A stretch of 60,485 nucleotides of DNA from Chiloscyllium plagiosum (taxonomy: Eukaryota): assembly GCF_004010195.1 (NCBI RefSeq), contig NC_057719.1, positions 94,593,674 to 94,654,158 on the forward strand, read 5' to 3'. Below are positions 60,248 through 60,485 of this stretch, one piece after another. Positions within the stretch are counted from its first letter, which is position 1, and each line of letters begins with the position of its first letter. The notes beneath the pieces were generated by a model, which had not been told where the DNA came from, ran no database searches, and was given only the letters and a program-made list of their open reading frames with translations. Made by a program: the position numbers and the translations under genes.

Positions 60248-60485
60248 AGAACATAGAACATAGAACATAGAACAATACAGCACAGAACAGGTCCTTCGGC
60301 CCACGATGTTGTGCCGAACATTTGTCCTAGCTTAAGCACCCATCCATGTACCTATCCAATTGCCGCTTAAAGGTCACCAAAGATTCTGACTCTACCACTC
60401 CCACAGGCAGCGCATTCCATGCCCCCACCACTCTCTGGGTAAAGAATCCACCCCTGATATCTCCCCGATACCTTCCACCCTTCAC
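60248..60485 (-). mobile_element. young CR1 3' end running off the window
   Basis: (CATAGAA)n tail; minus strand encodes FFTQRVVGAWNALP. Confidence 0.9.

Noticed and set aside
1..60485. CRISPR arrays, operons or other prokaryotic systems
   Set aside because: The sequence is an intron-rich vertebrate locus and has no regularly spaced repeat-spacer array.

Overview
Vertebrate genomic DNA, almost certainly a shark or ray, judged from the HE1-type V-SINE/CR1 pair and the Deu- and Meta-type SINEs. The window covers the middle of one + strand gene, ARHGAP42 (GRAF3). I read 17 coding exons by hand between 14180 and 59915. All have GT-AG introns and join in one open frame of about 2027 nt (about 675 aa), covering the distal BAR, PH, RhoGAP and Ser/Pro-rich regions; the N-terminus and SH3 exons lie outside the window. 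The introns hold CR1 LINE fragments (one near full-length), V-SINEs, Meta/Deu-like SINEs, two probable solo LTRs, a Gypsy integrase relic and two relics of a spliced Myb/SANT (Harbinger-like) gene. The most notable signal is more than 15 Penelope-derived terminal-repeat pieces from about four families. They carry minimal type I hammerhead-ribozyme motifs (CUGANGA-N-stem-GAAACGUH), and several are 140-260 bp self-complementary insertions with target-site duplications. Two near-identical sense-strand motifs flank a PH-domain exon. There is also an unexpectedly well-matched inverted pair of CR1 tails near the 3' end. Most long ORFs in the supplied track are transposon pieces or antisense artefacts. 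All family names rest on recalled consensus motifs, not on searches.
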